Below, in pieces: positions 60,858-64,000 of a stretch of DNA of 64,000 nucleotides. Each line of letters begins with the position of its first letter. The stretch's first letter is position 1. Below the pieces are notes generated by a model. That model saw only the letters and a program-made list of their open reading frames with translations, was not told where the DNA came from and ran no database searches. Position numbers and translations under genes: made by a program. The stretch is from an uncultured delta proteobacterium (GTDB taxonomy: Bacteria > Desulfobacterota > Binatia > UBA9968): contig CAVWLW010000052.1 in assembly GCA_963755715.1 (NCBI GenBank), positions 90,545-154,544 on the forward strand, written 5' to 3'.

Positions 60858-61534
60858 CCTGTGTCTAAGTGATTTGTTGAGTTTGTCTCTTCTACTCGAT
60901 CACCCAATTCAAAGGCAACTGGTTGTATCAGTCCCGTTTTATCCTCGTGTCGCTGGCTGTCAACCGACCCAGTTTATGCAGAAACGCGAGCGTATGAAAA
61001 TCAGCTATTTTCCTGAGGAGGAGAGCAACCAAGCGTGACGATTCGACTACGGGAGCTGTATCAGATTTGATTTGTGGGGTGAGCGACAGTTCATCACATT
61101 GCAAGTTCCCCCCGGACACTTGACGGCTCCCTACAAGTTTTTCTTGGCTCACAAATATCTGCTGGATTCACTTTATACGCCTTTGCCATCGCGATTCCTT
61201 CCCAGTTCTCATAGGGATTATCTATTCGGTCAATTTGTTTAATTGATTGGCCCAGTTAGTCTTCAACAAATTTAAAAATACCGTGACAATATTTCATGGT
61301 GGTGTGATAGGTAGCGAGATTAAAATGCTCCTCAAGATTTGAGCAATTGAGATTGTGTTCAACTCTAATTGAAAGAGACGACGTCTTGGAGCTTCAAAAG
61401 GCTTGGAAAAAAATCGCGGCAACCTGCGTTGTAATCATCCAGTGTATGACAGCGAGCTAAAGAAAACTTGAAGACAAGATCGACAAGTACAAATGGAAAA
61501 AATCTAAGAAGAGGAAAGCTGGCTAGAGCGTAAG

Positions 61535-61759
61535 ATGGCGAATCTGGAATATAGAGGGCACCTCATTTCCGTTTCTGTTATCTACGATACCCAAAATCAT
61601 TATCAACTCACTCCCATTATAGACATTAGGCGCTCTGAGTTCATTGAGGTCCTGAACACAATACTTACACAGCAGGCTTTCAATACCGTAGAAAACGCAA
61701 CCGGGTTTGGCTTTGGACTAGGGCGAGAATGGGTTGATGAGCGTCTGTCACCGGAGTGA
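61535..61759 (+). CDS. Small hypothetical protein
   Basis: YRGHLISV..A.GFG..LGREWVD; GTGA overlap with the next ORF. Confidence 0.5.
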   Translation: MANLEYRGHLISVSVIYDTQNHYQLTPIIDIRRSEFIEVLNTILTQQAFNTVENATGFGFGLGREWVDERLSPE

Positions 61760-61959
61760 GCGGAATGATCCTATTTTACCGAAGGCATAAAGACACGTTA
61801 GATCCAGAGTGGCATTTCCATACCGACTGCCCGCATTGGCCGGATACCAATTTCGTGCAACTGCATTTTATAAATCCCGAAATGAACGAGCGGTTTTGCG
61901 AAGATTGCGCGAACCTAGAAGCCGCGATGTTTCCATCAAAAAAACCCGCGGACGCTTAG
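61756..61959 (+). CDS. Small putative metal-binding protein
   Basis: WHFHTDCPHWP..FCEDC. Confidence 0.5.
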   Translation: MSGMILFYRRHKDTLDPEWHFHTDCPHWPDTNFVQLHFINPEMNERFCEDCANLEAAMFPSKKPADA

Positions 61960-62007
61960 CGGCAAGCATCCGCCGACGAAAATATAAGCGTAGAGCTGGG
62001 AGCTCGG

Positions 62008-62177
62008 TTACCGGTGGACTCGACGTCTATGGCTGCCACAACAACCGCAGGGCTGGAGGTTATCACTGCCATCGCGGCCCACTAGCAGGGCAATCGTTCA
62101 GCTCAAAGGAAGAGATGCTCAAGAAACTGTCAGCAGAGAATACTGATAGAAAAGTCCAGACAGATGTTAAGAAGTAA
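62008..62177 (+). pseudogene. YHYH-domain protein fragment
   Basis: GGLDVYGCHNNRRAGGYHCHRG motif; no clear start or signal peptide. Confidence 0.5.
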
Positions 62178-62343
62178 GGCGAAATCTCCGGCGGAGAGAA
62201 AAGAACCGCCAACTCCGAAGAAACCCCCTATAAAAGAGCCCAAGAAAGTCCAAAAGCCTATCGGCGATCCGCCACCGAAGAGAGCACCAAAACGAGTGAT
62301 GCTTCAAGGCTACTTTCAGGATTCGATATGGCAAGGTATCTAG
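62164..62343 (+). CDS. 59-aa Pro/Lys-rich small ORF (not in the supplied ORF track)
   Basis: MLRSKAKSPAERKEPPTPKKPPIKEPKKVQKPIGDPPPKRAPKRV..; ATG at 62164 to TAG at 62343. Confidence 0.35.
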   Translation: MLRSKAKSPAERKEPPTPKKPPIKEPKKVQKPIGDPPPKRAPKRVMLQGYFQDSIWQGI

Positions 62344-62522
62344 CCCGAAGCTGTCCTCGATGTAATGGCTATCTTGGAGTCGTGCTGAGAGAGCCGGGGC
62401 GCAACGTACCGCTGCAAGCGGTGAATGGTCGATGCACTCGTTGCTCTTATCGCATGGCTTGGATTGTTATCAGAGGCAAAGGATCATCGAGCGACAACAT
62501 CCGCAAGGCAAGTCATACCTAG
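62328..62522 (+). CDS. Small zinc-ribbon protein
   Basis: CPRC and CTRC pairs. Confidence 0.55.
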   Translation: MARYLARSCPRCNGYLGVVLREPGRNVPLQAVNGRCTRCSYRMAWIVIRGKGSSSDNIRKASHT

Positions 62523-62713
62523 AGAGCACCCCCATCCGACAGCCCGCGCAACAACCTTTTTCCTGCCACCCAACCGGGAGGCGGGTTGAAATGTCAATTG
62601 AATGTCACCAAGTGTCAAGACAAGCAGCGTTTGAGGGATTATCTCTTCCGCATCAATTTTATTCTCCCTTCCTCGGCGTAGCCGGGCAGTGAAGGGGTGT
62701 AGGGAGGAGCACA

Positions 62714-62986
62714 ATGAAAAGGCTCGCAAAAGCAAGAAACATCAAGTCAGGTGAGACAGTCCTTGACCGTGGCACGCGCTTCATTATCAAAGAGGTCTGC
62801 GTTAGCGCGGAACCCGGGCGGCTCGCGTTCATCGACATGCAGGATGTCTGGCACGGGAACTATCATCCAGATGAATATTTAGCAGTAGGGGAAGAACTCG
62901 CCCGCAAACGTGCCGTAACTTACGATTGGCAAATAGTACAAGAGGCTTACCTGTTGGCTAACATGCCTTCAGAGATGATTCATTAA
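62714..62986 (+). CDS. Hypothetical protein
   Basis: GGAGGAG RBS followed by a 90-codon ORF. Confidence 0.5.
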   Translation: MKRLAKARNIKSGETVLDRGTRFIIKEVCVSAEPGRLAFIDMQDVWHGNYHPDEYLAVGEELARKRAVTYDWQIVQEAYLLANMPSEMIH

Positions 62987-63399
62987 CCGCGCCCCCTCTC
63001 AATGATTTATTTTCTGTCCATTCACGGCGCGATCCTTGGCTCAATTTCGAGCGGCGCTCGACGAGAGCAGTGTGGTGTTGGTCATGTGTTCTAGAACTAG
63101 CAGAAACAAAAACGAATGGAAATTGAAGAAAAACCAATCACATTTCACAAACATATTTGTTTTCTATGCCGGCGATCCTATGAAGAGGTTGAAACCGGCG
63201 AGTGCCAGTACGGTCACGACCATCCATGGGGGAAATGTCCTCCGTGCGAAGACAAATTTGCCGTTGGTAAACCAATCACTTTCCTATGACGGTCCGCATG
63301 TTGGTTTTAATCTTAACTTAATGATCGTCAATTTGTTCGAGCAAAGGCAAGGATCTGGCTTTGCAGCTACTAGCTATTGCGTTCTGCTGGCGCCCATTG

Positions 63400-64000
63400 T
63401 CACTTGATCACCTTGTCCGTCCGCGCCAGCGCGTTGGGCGGAATCGTCACGCCCTCCAGCCGTGCCGCCACAGTCTCAAGGTAGGCGTACTTCGCTGTTA
63501 GCTCTTCGACCTTCGATGCCAGCACCGCAATCTGCGCCTCCTTCTGTTTTAGCTCCGCCGTGCGCTTCTCCAGCGCCTGCACCGCGACCATAAGAATCCC
63601 CGCCAAGTCGCCAGAGTTGATCGTCGTCTCCGTGCCGATCTGTCCGACGCCGTCTTGGCCGAAGGCCGCAAAGAAGTCTTGCGCCATGGGACCATAGTGG
63701 CGAAACTCTTTAGGATCATGGCCAATGAAGTTCCAACTCGATAGCTCAAAGCCGCGAATCTTCCCCAGCACTGCTTCTCCATCCACCGGCTGGAAGTTTT
63801 CCTTCTTGGTCTTGTCCGAACTGGCAGTAAACGCCACCTGCCCTTCGATCACCGTGACAGCAGTGTTTCCCAGGCGGATCTTATTGCTGGCATTGACGAT
63901 GGCTCCATTGCCAATAGCCGTAGCGTTGTTCAGATTCCCAGCAGAAATCGGCATCGGCTCCGAATCCGATGGCGGTGTTGTCGTTGCCCGTGGTGTTGCT
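63400..64000 (-). CDS. Tail-fibre/adhesin-like protein with an intramolecular chaperone (peptidase S74/ICA) domain; 5' part lies outside the window
   Basis: NTAIG/ATAIG repeats, SSDKTKKENF, HYGPMAQDF, C-terminal coiled coil. Confidence 0.75.
   Translation of the reverse strand, partial: ATPRATTTPPSDSEPMPISAGNLNNATAIGNGAIVNASNKIRLGNTAVTVIEGQVAFTASSDKTKKENFQPVDGEAVLGKIRGFELSSWNFIGHDPKEFRHYGPMAQDFFAAFGQDGVGQIGTETTINSGDLAGILMVAVQALEKRTAELKQKEAQIAVLASKVEELTAKYAYLETVAARLEGVTIPPNALARTDKVIK

Larger units (their letters stand above)
60858..64000. mobile_element. Putative inserted/accessory element (extends past the window end)
   Basis: Starts at the truncation of the SBP gene, is visibly AT-richer and carries short ORFs; no integrase seen in the window. 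Confidence 0.45.

Noticed and set aside
60571-61038. 155-aa ORF as a novel fusion protein
   Set aside because: The C-terminal part is run-on into the inserted DNA after the SBP truncation.
63400-64000. Prophage call based on the tail-fibre/S74 domain
   Set aside because: No capsid, terminase, portal or integrase gene is in the window, and such domains also occur outside phages.

Overview
Bacterial chromosomal window of moderately high GC. The gene style suggests Candidatus Binatia/Binatota-like bacteria (inference from many orphan NMT1/TauA-type binding proteins, amidohydrolases and cupins, plus short-period intergenic hairpins). About 25 single-base frameshifts in otherwise intact genes look like long-read indel errors. 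Bases 1-32 kb and 42-48 kb hold catabolic and uptake genes: four 4,5-dihydroxyphthalate-decarboxylase-like paralogs, two CADD/HDO-like diiron proteins, class II aldolases, cupins, amidohydrolases, a Rieske oxygenase and CoA transferases. At 33-42 kb lies an accessory segment with the most notable find: a Tat-signal gene (33437-34338) with an in-frame TGA followed 11 nt later by a SECIS-like hairpin. This is a candidate selenoprotein of a family I do not recognise. It sits behind a consensus sigma-54 promoter with tandem palindromic enhancer sites, and is followed by an IS, an SBP/histidine kinase/NtrC-type activator module and a Phd-PIN toxin-antitoxin pair. At 49-57 kb is a glucosylglycerate-type synthesis and uptake operon that includes a USP-GpgS fusion. 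Near 60.86 kb a binding-protein gene is cut by AT-richer DNA carrying small ORFs and an S74/ICA-domain gene. No rRNA, tRNA or CRISPR array was seen.
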